DNA from: Azolla caroliniana | Lineage: Eukaryota > Plantae > Polypodiophyta | Direction: 5' to 3' | NCBI GenBank assembly: GCA_043228905.1 | Contig: JBHGNT010000009.1 | Span: forward strand, 12,834,001-12,898,000 | Length of the DNA stretch: 64,000 nucleotides | Shown: piece by piece, positions 10,407 through 20,518 of the stretch | How positions within the stretch are numbered: position 1 is the stretch's first letter | Layout: the number at the start of each line of letters is the position of its first letter | Translations under genes and position numbers: made by a program | The notes under the pieces: generated by a model | The model's input: only the letters and a program-made list of their open reading frames with translations | What the model was told of the DNA's origin: nothing | Database searches by the model: none

Positions 10407-13390
10407 ATGGACTGCCAAACGCTTTCTGAAGCCGCCAAGAAATGGTTACGGCAGCACGGTTTGGAGGGTTTCTTAACGATCATGGAGGCAGCGCCACACA
10501 AAGAGACCGAGAAGATTATAAAAGAAATCGACACGGAGGTGATCACGGAGGAGGCGATCCGTGCGTTAATAGGCTTTCCGGAGGGCGGTATCTACACGAT
10601 CAACAATCCTACCCCCGAGCAACTTATCAAATATTTCGGTGAGTACTCTCTAGCCAACAAGGGCTATAGTACACAAGGCGGCGAAGATATTATATTCCGA
10701 GAAATTGCCCGTGTGCTCCACGAGTTCGGCCACGTGTAACCTCGACCCCCCGTCATGCCTCAAAACCGAGCAGGCTTGATCATCGCAACGTACGAAGGGG
10801 TCAAGGTAGATTGGCCGGTGCTGATCGCCGATGGGTTGTGTACGGCCATTGATATAGTAAGGGGAAAGGACGGCAAGGAAGGCCGGAAAATATGGCATGC
10901 AGTGACACAATGGCTCACCCTGTTGGCGCCACCGGTCGAGCCCGTCCAAACCAAGAAGCGGGGAAGAACAACGGACGGCACCCCGAAACCTGCTTCGAAA
11001 CATCAACAACTGTTGGCTTCCAAGGCCACTAAGGGGAAGACTTCCGAAGTAGAGAAGGCGACGAAGGAGCGCGCCAACCGGAAGCGACCAGCGGACACGC
11101 ACGAGGAGACACCGGCACGGGCCTTGAAGAGCCCACTCCACCGACCAGCACAACAAGAAACGGACACCTTGGCCGCAAGAATGAATGTCGGGACTCAGAC
11201 GGAAGAGATGGAGGAAGAACCCACGGAGCACCTCCAGCGGCGGCCGGTGAAGAGCACCGCAGAATCAGTCGGGAAACGTTCAGACCCACAGAAGGATGGA
11301 ACACCCGCAACTCACGCTGAGCAACCCACGCCAAGGGAGGCACCGGAACCGGTTCGGATGGAACCGGTCACAGAAGTCCCGGCACAACAGGCAACACTGG
11401 CAAGCCCTGTCACCCAAGAGCCGGAGATACAAAGGCCAACCGCCCCAGCCGGCCAAGAACAACTAGACAAGGGGGCGACCAGACGAAACACACTTAGAGC
11501 CGGAACGGCAAAGTGGTCAGCTGGCAGAACCAGAAGCGCAGCTTGACACAGAAAGGCGGGACCAACCACCGGCGAGTGAACCCATCAGCCAACTCTCCGT
11601 GCAAGCGCAACAACAGTGCACCGGCAGCCAATGGCTCCGGTGGATAGGAGACCAAATTGCCGGAGTAGTCAGAGGAAAGAGCGCAAATGGAGTGATTGCT
11701 CGTCACAACCGATGAACTGGAGATGGCCCGGTCAAGGATCCGGTGCCTGGAACAAGACTTGGATCGTATCACAGGAGATATGGCCAAAATGGCCTTAACC
11801 GCAACGCAGGTCTAAGCACCGGTGACTCTGGTTGATGTACAGAAGAATAAGACCTCGGAGACACAAACGGTCCTGGAGAAAGAGGCGGCGCAAGCCCAAG
11901 AGCTTGCGGAATTACGAGATGAGCTAGCCGCACAAGAAGCATTACGGAGCCGCAAACGCGACTTGAAGAAGGCGGCTGAAGAAGAATTAAGAAAGACTGC
12001 TGAGAACCTTCGCCGTGCAAAGGAAAACCTGCGTAAAGGACATCATACTTACGACTAGCTGAAGGAGGAAAAAGAGAAAGTGTTGCAAGAAAAAGACAAG
12101 CTGCGACGGATGGCGGAAACGGAAATCAAGCGGGAGGACCACGCGCGTCGTCAAATAAACCAAAGGTTGAAGCAGAAGACCGATGATTTCGATCATCTGC
12201 ATCGGGACTACAAGCAGCTGGAGACGGAGCATCAGCAACGGATGGCCGAGCTCCGGCAAGAAGTTGATAAGGCCACAATGGCACTCGCCGAAGAACGAGC
12301 GGAAAGTTCCAGGCTATTGGAGGAAGCGTCGAATGCCCGGATGGAGCTCCACAAACAGAACCATGAAGACAAGGAAAGAGCGACAATGGTACTACAGAGG
12401 TTGCAAACAACCTATCAAACTCAATTGTCGCATTATAGGGAGTAGGAGGCGGACACGGTTCGGATCATCAAGCAGTTGAAGGAAGAGCGACAAGCCACAG
12501 AAAATAAATCACAGATGGGAGCCGAACGGATCCAGTGCATCCTCCGGTCATGGCTCACTAAAACCAAAAGCTTGATTGATGACAACTCTGTGCGTTGGTG
12601 GGCAAAATGGGCGCAGAATACCGTGGAACTCCAATTGCTTAGGGCGGACGTTGAAAATCGGCGAAAGGAGGGCGACAACTGCTATATGCTGACCTCAGAG
12701 GACTTGACCACCGTCAGGGACGAGCAGGCGGAAGATTTCACAGCCTAGCGACAAGCCGCAGAAAATAAATCACAGATGGGAGCCGAACGGATCCAGTGCA
12801 TCCTCCGGTCATGGCTCACTAAAACCAAAAGCTTGATTGATGACAGCTCTGTGCGTTGGTGGGCAAAATGGGCGCAGAATACCGCGGAACTCCAATTGCT
12901 TAGGGCAGACGTTGAAAATCGGCGAAAGGAGGGCGACAACTGCTATATGCTGACCTCGGAGGACTTCACCACCATCAGGGACGAGCAGGCGGAAGATTTC
13001 ACAACCCTGGCGGATGAACAATTGGTGCAGGTTCGACAGCTCGTAGCTCAACTAGACGATGATCGGCTGGAGGCTCAAATCCAGTTCGAAAGCTATGAGT
13101 GGTCCTGGCTCCGGGAAGAAAAAGCGCGAAAGACGGCAACGATCAACCTTAGTGATGAGGAACCGTCGCCGGTGCAAAGACCGGAGGGGGAACAGGCCGG
13201 GGTCAATCAGTCACAGACAACTCCGACGGAGGAACCAACGACGGAAACACCGGTGCCAGAGCCACAAACGGAGCAACAGCCACATCCGCAAATGGAACAA
13301 CAACAACAGCCACAGCAACAACAACAGATTCTCCACGAGCCACTAGAAATTTTGGAGCAAAGCATTCTGGACATTTTGGACGAAGCGTAA
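10407..13390 (+). pseudogene. Extra ORF of element A: N-terminal globular domain, Pro/Glu-rich linker, long coiled coil
   Basis: Consecutive ORF pieces separated by nonsense codons, homologous along their length to 58945-61764. Contains a 261-bp tandem duplication. Confidence 0.8.
12486..13007 (+). repeat. 261-bp tandem duplication within extra ORF A
   Basis: AGCGACAAGCC..GAAGATTTCACA repeated at 12486 and 12747. The junction creates an in-frame TAG. Confidence 0.9.
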
Positions 13391-13398
13391 AAGGGCCG

Positions 13399-13442
13399 GA
13401 TAGTGGGTTCGACGTACAAGGTACTATCCCACGGGCGTGCCA
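13399..13442 (+). promoter_or_regulatory. tRNA-Arg(UCU) 3'-half mimic / inverted PBS in place of the PPT (copy A)
   Basis: GATAGTGGGTTCGAC-GTACAAGGTAC-TATCCCACGGGCGTGCCA, then TG, then LTR start TGTTAC at 13445. Confidence 0.75.
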
Positions 13443-13444
13443 TG

Positions 13445-13907
13445 TGTTACCGGTCGGCAAAGAAGGCTAAAGGAGGTCCAAACCAGAGTGTGAAAGGAAT
13501 AGTTATTCAGGAACTGTTGGAATTAGTAGTCTTAATATATACATATTATTATATAAGAAGATGTGGACAGACGGACCGGAATCGGTATACCGATCCGGAT
13601 CCGGAACGATTCCGTAAAGATGTCGTTTGGCACCGTTTTGTATTTCGCACCAAAGACCTATATAAAGGCCCGGTTACAATGTAATCAGGAGCGGATAATT
13701 AATAAAGCTTATGGTCTTAATCTTCAAGTGTTGATTACCGTTCTGTGATTATTGTCATATCTTACGCGTGTTAATTACGGATGGCTAAGTAATCGATTAA
13801 GGTCTAATTAAGCGTTGTGCCGTAAGTCATTCTGCCGTACCACCCTTTGGTGACGTGTCTTAAGTGGACACCCTGTGTTAGGTTGTTGTCCAGCCCTAGC
13901 AATAACA
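13445..13907 (+). repeat. 3' LTR of element A
   Basis: TGTTAC...TAACA; clearly similar to the LTRs of element D (46249-46698, 61818-62267). Confidence 0.88.
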
Positions 13908-15188
13908 GCCAACGAACGCATCGCGGAGTTGGAACAGAACGCAACTATGGCACAACAGGAATCTCGACCAATAGACACCACCGGTGAGGTCCAGTCCCTA
14001 TGAGAAGAGCTTGAAGCCCAGATCGCCATCACCTCAAAAGCAAAGAGGGTCGTGTAGCTGGCGGAATCTGAGATTGACCGCCTCCGCTCCGAACTCTGCC
14101 AATCCTTCGACAGAGAAAAGGATATCCTGGCCAAAGGCCGACAAGTAGGGAAGACCCTCAAAGAGAAACTCGAAGCGGAGGAAGCGGTGCACACCCGCAC
14201 GAAAGAAGAAAACACCAAACTACGCGAGGAAGCGCAAAAGTCGGAAACGGTGATCATAGGACTCCGGGTGTTATTGGAAAAGAAGAAAGTGTGGTACGAC
14301 GAGCATCTCATACGGGAATAGGAGGTGAGGCATCAGGTCGAAATTCGCCTGAACAATGAAATGGGCAAGCTAAAGGAATTGCACTCGAAGGAATCTCAGA
14401 TATGGGCAGGAATGAAGAGCAATTATGAGGAAGTGGTTGTGGTCAGTAAGCAAGAAATCGAAAACCTCAAGAAATCCCTGGAAGAAGCACGTAACCACTA
14501 CCAAGTAATAATCGACAACGTGCGCATAGTTCTTCAGACAAATCGGGAGAGGTTTACGGCGCAATTACAAGCGGCGCTAGACAAAGGCTGGATGGCATGG
14601 GCAACACAAGCAGCGGAGTTGCATACCTACCGGGCGGACTGGGAGAACCGAAGCAAGGACAACTGAGGTTTCTACAAACTCAATGAGGAAGGCATTGCGG
14701 CAGTACGCGAGGACCTAGCGCAGGATTATCACACGCTAGCGGACCAGCACTCCGAGGAACTCGCGCAGCTACTGAACGATTTCGGCGAAAGTCAGGAGGA
14801 TATGTTTCACCGAATCATGCAAGCCGGCAGCACGCGGCCAAGCGCAGAACCAATCGCGATACCATAAAATGATACTCCCGAACAGGAGGAACCTCAGCCC
14901 ACTTGACCGGAAATAACAACTATGGCCGGCAACACTGAGGAAGTGGCGGACAGGACAGAGCCTCAACCTACCGTGAGCCCGTAGACGGATGAGCCAGCCA
15001 CAGTAGAACGGGATGAGCCAACAGAGCCCGATCCGCCCACACAGGGAGACGTTGACGCCATTGAGAGTCCCACCGAACAAGTACAAGACATGGAACCGTG
15101 CAACGACGCGCCTACGGACACTGTGTCGTCCCCAGACCAGGACATCGGAGTGGAACCAAACATTCGGGCTATTTTGGAGGAAGAATAA
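13908..15188 (+). pseudogene. C-terminal half of a divergent extra ORF (element B), interrupted by element A
   Basis: Coiled coil and motif WMAWATQAAELHTYRADWENRSKDN.GFYKL, matching WAKWAQNTAELQLLRADVENRRKEGDNCYML in A and D. Ends IRAILEEE* versus ILDILDEA*. Confidence 0.75.
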
Positions 15189-15192
15189 AGGG

Positions 15193-15233
15193 ATGGGTCC
15201 AACGTGCCATGGCATTGTCCCACAGGCGTGCTA
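15193..15233 (+). promoter_or_regulatory. tRNA-Arg 3'-half mimic / inverted PBS (copy B)
   Basis: ATGGGTCCAAC-GTGCCATGGCAT-TGTCCCACAGGCGTGCTA, then 2 nt, then TGTTG LTR start at 15236. Confidence 0.65.
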
Positions 15234-15235
15234 GG

Positions 15236-15701
15236 TGTTGTCCGCCGTAATAGTAACTGACTGACAAAAGCGCAGAAGCATTAAATATAGTAAAGCGTAA
15301 AGAAACACATGTAATGGTTCACGCGGGAAGCGTGAATGGCTAAAGGCCCTGCGTATATAAATGGCAGAAATCCTCTATAAGAGGTAGCTTGTAATTTTGG
15401 TGCATAGAGCGTTTCTCTAAGAGAATACTATCTTCTCTGATTTCTGTGTAGATCTATGGTTTTATCTACTGTGTTTCTTGTTCTTTGTTGCGTACTATTA
15501 ATCATAAGGGTGTAGGCGTAAGTGCGGATACTAGTGCACTTCCTAAGGAGTTCGGTTGTAGCCATCTCCCTTATACGCTACTAGGATACGAGGGAGTATC
15601 CCATTACGTATTACGGCACGACGATACCATTCCTTGCAACACAGTCACCTTGAGGCCTACGTCGAAGGACTGACCGTAGGCAGTATTCCTAATCGGTAAC
15701 A
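15236..15701 (+). repeat. Probable 3' LTR of element B
   Basis: TGTTG start directly after the conserved motif, TATA-like boxes, probable end GGTAACA. No second copy in the window, so the right end is approximate. Confidence 0.6.
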
Positions 15702-17144
15702 CCAGATCACTGCTGTACGATCGATAACTTCGATCGGAGCTTTGGTTGACTCGAACCTTCTTGTTCGGTCAGTACAATTTGCAATTGGATCACACACCAA
15801 TCGGCTAGTTCAATATGGATTACATGGGTCCTGGATTCGGTCAACTATTAGAAAACATGTTGAATTTCTTGTCTCACATACAAATGGGCACATCATCCAT
15901 GGTGAATATTCCTCCTCCTCATCCAAATTCTTCGTCTACAATGTTTTCCCCACAACCTAAGGAAGAAGAGCCACAAAGAATTACACAAGAAGAACAAGAG
16001 CACGAAAATGAGCATGAACGAGAAGAACATGAACAAGAAGTGCCCCAGATTGCATCTGATGAAGCTCCTGATACTGTGACTGGTTATATAGTATTTGTGC
16101 TATAGCTTAAGGAGCATCCAAAATTTAAAAGAAAGGGTGATGATCTGTTTGTAGAGCATGCCTTGAACCTTACAGAGGCTCTGTGTGGCTTCCAATTTGT
16201 TCTTCAGCATCTTGATGGACGATAGGTGCTGATTAAATCAAATGTTGGAGAGATTGTGAAAGCAGATCAATTCAAGGCCATTAACGATGTTGGCATGCCT
16301 ATGTATCAGAGACCTTTTATGAAGGGCAAGCTTTATGTTCAATTCTCTATAGAAGTTCCAAAATCAGGGTCTCTGTCTTTAGACCAATGTAAGGCTTTGG
16401 AAGCCATATTGGCCCCTCGGCCATCAAATGGAATGACAAATATAAAGGTTGAAAAATGTGAAGAAATTATTTTCCAAGATGTGAATATGGAAGGTTTGAG
16501 CAAGGTGCTCGAATTTTTGCTTAATATCAGAGAAGACTTCATCAATATGAGGCCTAAGCAATATCGAGATAGAGGGCCTGATATCCATCGTGGAGATGCG
16601 ATTTGCCGCCGTTGTTGCCGCTACCGCCATTGCGGAGATGAGAATTGTTGTTGCCGCCGCCGCCATCGTTGCCACCGTCGTCGCAATCGTTGTCGACGCC
16701 GCCATATTGATGTCGCTAGAATACCAGTCAAAGAAGATGGAGAGGAGAACGAAGAGAAAAGGGCAGAAAGAAATTTACAAGAACTCGAGGGCACGCACTC
16801 GAATTTCAAAAGCTCGAGGGTAGAAGAAAAAATTTCAAAAGCTCAAGGGCATGACATGAGATTTCAAAAATTGGAGGGCAGAATCCAGAGGCCGAAAATA
16901 AAATTTCAAAAAATTTGAGGGTAAAAATTTTAAAGACCAAAGGGTAATCTATATATATATATATAACTCACTTCACATGATGAAAGAAAGAATACACAAA
17001 TGCACAACACGATTTCACGACCCATGCTACATTGAACTAGCTGATTGGTGTATGATCCAATCGCGACTTGTGCTGACCGAACGAGAAGGTTCGAGTCAAC
17101 CAAAGCTCCGATTGAAGTTATCGATCGTAGAGCAGTGATCTGGT
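15701..17144. repeat. ~125-bp inverted repeat pair (15701-15830 and 17019-17144) enclosing a DnaJ fragment
   Basis: ACCAGATCACTGCTGTACGATCGATAACTTCGATCGGAGCTTTGGTTGACTCGAACC... is the reverse complement, with a few mismatches, of ...GGTTCGAGTCAACCAAAGCTCCGATTGAAGTTATCGATCGTAGAGCAGTGATCTGGT. Confidence 0.9.
16058..16493 (+). pseudogene. Fragment of a type-A DnaJ/Hsp40 (J2/J3-like) C-terminal domain, intronless, two TAG stops
   Basis: DEAPDTVTGYIVFVL*LKEHPKFKRKGDDLFVEHALNLTEALCGFQFVLQHLDGR*VLIKSNVGEIVKADQFKAINDVGMPMYQRPFMKGKLY...CEEIIFQDVNME. Confidence 0.9.
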
Positions 17145-17202
17145 CAAGGGATTTCCAACCGTTGAGACGACTGATGGAGTTCCAGTCGAGAAGAGTTGGC
17201 AT

Positions 17203-17247
17203 GGCGAGTGGGTTCACCGTGCAATGCATTGTCCCACAGGCGTGCCA
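17203..17247 (+). promoter_or_regulatory. tRNA-Arg 3'-half mimic / inverted PBS (copy C)
   Basis: GGCGAGTGGGTTCACC-GTGCAATGCAT-TGTCCCACAGGCGTGCCA, then TG, then TGTTAC at 17250. Confidence 0.7.
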
Positions 17248-17249
17248 TG

Positions 17250-17592
17250 TGTTACCGTAAGAATATACGGGGAGGCATAAGGGTATGTGTAATGATGTGG
17301 TTGATGTGTATGTGTAAAGTAAATGAGTATGTGAGGATGACTCTGTGTGAGCACATGCACAATTATGTGCATGTGACAAGAGTGTAACGGTCGTCTCTTT
17401 TGTAACGGTCATTATTTACCGTTACATTATGTATTATATAAACCCCTTATGGGGCATCTAATGGATATACATTTTTCCCCTCTCATTTTGTGTCATATTG
17501 TATTGGTCTTTCTCTCTTGCTCTCTCTCTAACTTAACCCCCTTAGGAGGGGGGTGAAGCCATTCTAGGTTTCACCCCCCAACCCCAACAACA
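17250..17592 (+). repeat. Probable 3' LTR of element C
   Basis: TGTTAC start after the motif, TATATAAA near 17435, CT-rich segment, ends near CCCCAACAACA. Right end approximate. Confidence 0.55.
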
Positions 17593-17593
17593 A

Positions 17594-17919
17594 TGTGCAG
17601 GTTTAATGGAAGCTACAAGAATAAGTAGAGAGAGCAGGAGAGACAGAGAGAGTAGAACAGTAAACCTTAATTCAAAAATAATGAACACTCTCTATACATA
17701 CAATGTTCTCAATGAGCACTTTTATACAAGTCCTTAAAGGACTGACATGTACTTCAAAGCTCGTACCGAGCGACTGACACTAACTCCCAAAAATATGCCT
17801 ACATACTAGGCTAGGATCGTAGGCCTCTAACGGCCTATTGGTTACACTCTGATCCGGACATTGATACGGCTCAGGCTTACTCAATCGATCCAGATCAGGT
17901 TGAGCTTGCTCGCACAACA
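17594..17919 (-). repeat. Solo or remnant LTR related to copia-A LTR
   Basis: Shares GAGCACTTTTATACAAGTCCT..AGGACTGAC and terminal GTTGAGCTTG..CAACA with 5000-5386. No TSD found. Confidence 0.7.
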
Positions 17920-18238
17920 GGACAGTCCCAAAGAGTCATAAGCAAAGTTGGGACAAGCTCATACAGCTCTGTTTCAGTCCCAATTTGAGTTGGGACTCAA
18001 GAAAGGAACTAGACCTAGTCCCTATCCCTATCCCTATCCCAAAAGGGGTGCCACCCTAGGTTGGGACAACTAGTCCCAATGGACTACCCAACGACTAGTC
18101 TAACAACTATATCTTGGCCTATATAAGGAGGAGCCTCTCCTCATTTTTTATGATTCTTTATCTCTGAATTGTACTCTCTCTCCCATTGTAATATTGAATA
18201 CTCTCTAGCCCTTATTTATCTTTTTGTTTGTCACAACA
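17920..18238 (+). repeat. Degenerate GTCCCA/TGGGAC-rich LTR-like repeat; related copies at ~28549-29795 (minus) and ~30190-30396 (plus)
   Basis: Recurring GTCCCAA and TTGGGAC motifs followed by TATATAAGGAGG, shared among the three loci. Confidence 0.5.
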
Positions 18239-20518
18239 TTGGGACGGTTGTAATCTTGTATCTCCTTATAATATAAATCATCTTTCTTGTCCCAATTCTC
18301 TCTAGATCCCCATAATCTAGGGGAAGAACACATTATCTCAATATCCTAATGATACTATTGAGATGTTGATGATGATCTTTTAGTGTCATAAGGAGGCCAT
18401 TGCCACAGGTGCATCATTTACTTTCTAAGTTCACTTGTGTGCTTAATAAGTAGAAACCATCCACATGTGCCTAACAAGTAGTTGGGGGCTTGGTGTTTTA
18501 ACTTGAAGAGCAAGTACCTTAGTGTGTGTGGTAATTGATGGCGGAAAGCATTATCAAATGTTGCAAAATTTATGTCATTGTCATGCTTTCTTCATATTCT
18601 CGAATATACGTTTTATGAGTTTTTGAACGTTTGATTATAATTTATAATGACATATTTTGATTCAATCTCTATAGTTCATACTCATTTTTTTATAAAGTTC
18701 TAAAAATGAAGAAATTGATATCTTCATTAGTTGCGAGATGAGAACATCGATAATTGCAAGATGAGCTCATCATCAATACAATTATGCCTTTGAATTATTT
18801 GATTTTTATGTTCGTGCTTTCTAATGTTTAGTAGTTAAGTAATTCCTAAGTTTTGAGCTTTCAATTGTGTTGACATTTGATTCAATCAATATATAATATA
18901 GACCATAGTCATTTTTTGAAATTCCAATCTTTATTTTTTTTCCAACTTTGAGATGATTTACCATACATGTTTGATTGAATCATTCTTGAATGCGAATGCA
19001 CGTATGTTACATATGGTTCATTCTATGGTTGCAAGTTTGCACATTCCATCTCGTAAACCGTTTGTATGTATTTTCTAGTTAGCAGAAGACACAATTTTGC
19101 TTTTACTTGTTTTAAATATTTTGTGGCTAGCATCCCAAGCATGGATTATAATGCAATATGCTTCTATGTCATTTTTTCACATACATGTGAGTCTCATAGG
19201 ACCCTTTAGTTTGATGGGTTTCACAACTATTTCAAGGAGTTGAATGGTGGTAAACGTTGAAATTTCCTACATGGTTTATGGATAGGCCAAATAGAGCAGG
19301 TGACAAGCGGCACCTGTCCTTTATCCTAAGATCGCTTCCAAACTCATGAAAGCAAACCATATTGTATTTTTAGCACACATTGCACTTGCAATTTTATGCC
19401 TCACACATGAAAGAATCCATGTTAGCTTACCCGTCTTTTAAGTTCTGCTCAGTGTTTTTTCTTAGTTGTTAACAAGAATCTTTACATTTGTTATCAAAAT
19501 AATTATTGTAAGGGAACTCTATGAGCTTGTAATTACCTCTCTTCTTAATTCCAAAGGCGAATTGCAAACATTTTGGATCATTTCAATTAATTTATGTCCA
19601 TGTGGATGTACATTTCTTTGAGTTAGCTTTCAAAGAAATCAAAGTATATCTCAAACTTGGCATAGTTTAACAACTCAATATTCCATGATAATTTCATGGA
19701 ATATAGGTTCTTCAATCAAGTTTCCAAAAAGATAATCACAAAGTAAGGAATGTAGAGAGATAGTGCAAGATAGATGAGAAAACAAAATTTTTCTGATTAT
19801 TGTTGATTATACTAGCAATTGCATTGTCCATGTTTTCTATATAATTGGAAACTTCAAATATCTGGATGGAACCAATCTCTACATTGTTATACAATGAAAG
19901 TACATACTTGAATATCAATGTCTTTCTCATTCCTCTTAGGAATAGTTTTGGCCTCTCCAATACAACTTAATTCATACTCACAAATTAGAGATTTAAAGGA
20001 GACCTAGACAACTAAGGGAATTTTCTCAAAGAACTGGTAAACTTACACAACTCAAGATTCCTCACTCAATTATAATGCATCAGGTGGTTGGTAGGTAGGT
20101 AAGTAGTTTACTACATAGTTTACCAACCATTGTTCCCCTATTAATGGCAAGTATTGAGAGAATTTACTTGATCCACTTGGTTTACTAGATTGTCTCGGTC
20201 CATCCCACTAAACGTGTGAGTATTAGGGGGGGACCCCTAATCTTAAGGGGTCAAAGCAACCTTATGAAAACCATTATTGAACTTGAAAATTTTCCTCTTC
20301 CCAATTCGAATATCTATCAGGAATCAAAACTCAATCCTAGAACATGAAACATCATGAGTCATTTCAATTTTAACATTAATTTACACTTAATTGTGCTCAT
20401 GATTAAGGCTCAACAAAGATACATGTCCAAATTCCTTATACAATGCCATTAAAAAGGCTAGAAATTCAAAAGTATGGTAACAATGATGAAGAATTTCCTA
20501 CACATGATGCATCTGTAA

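Larger units (their letters stand above)
5387..13907 (+). mobile_element. 3' part of a gypsy element with extra ORF (element A, relative of element D), interrupted by element E; its 5' part lies beyond copia-A, outside the window
   Basis: The extra ORF 10407-13390 and LTR 13445-13907 are homologous to 58945-61764 and 61818-62267. Confidence 0.85.

Noticed and set aside
10407-13390. Envelope gene
   Set aside because: No signal peptide or transmembrane helix is evident; the product is hydrophilic and coiled-coil.
13399-13442. Self-cleaving ribozyme (hammerhead, HDV, twister) or a true tRNA gene at the conserved motif
   Set aside because: No CTGATGA/GAAA core or HDV pseudoknot pattern is visible, and there is no D-arm, anticodon arm or 5' acceptor strand.
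16226-16918. 230-aa ORF with a Cys/Arg-rich tail as a functional gene
   Set aside because: It is the tail of a stop-containing DnaJ fragment running into GCC/GTT microsatellite sequence.
18240-20440. Hidden exons or transposase relic in AT-rich DNA
   Set aside because: No recognisable protein motif or repeat structure could be supported by eye.
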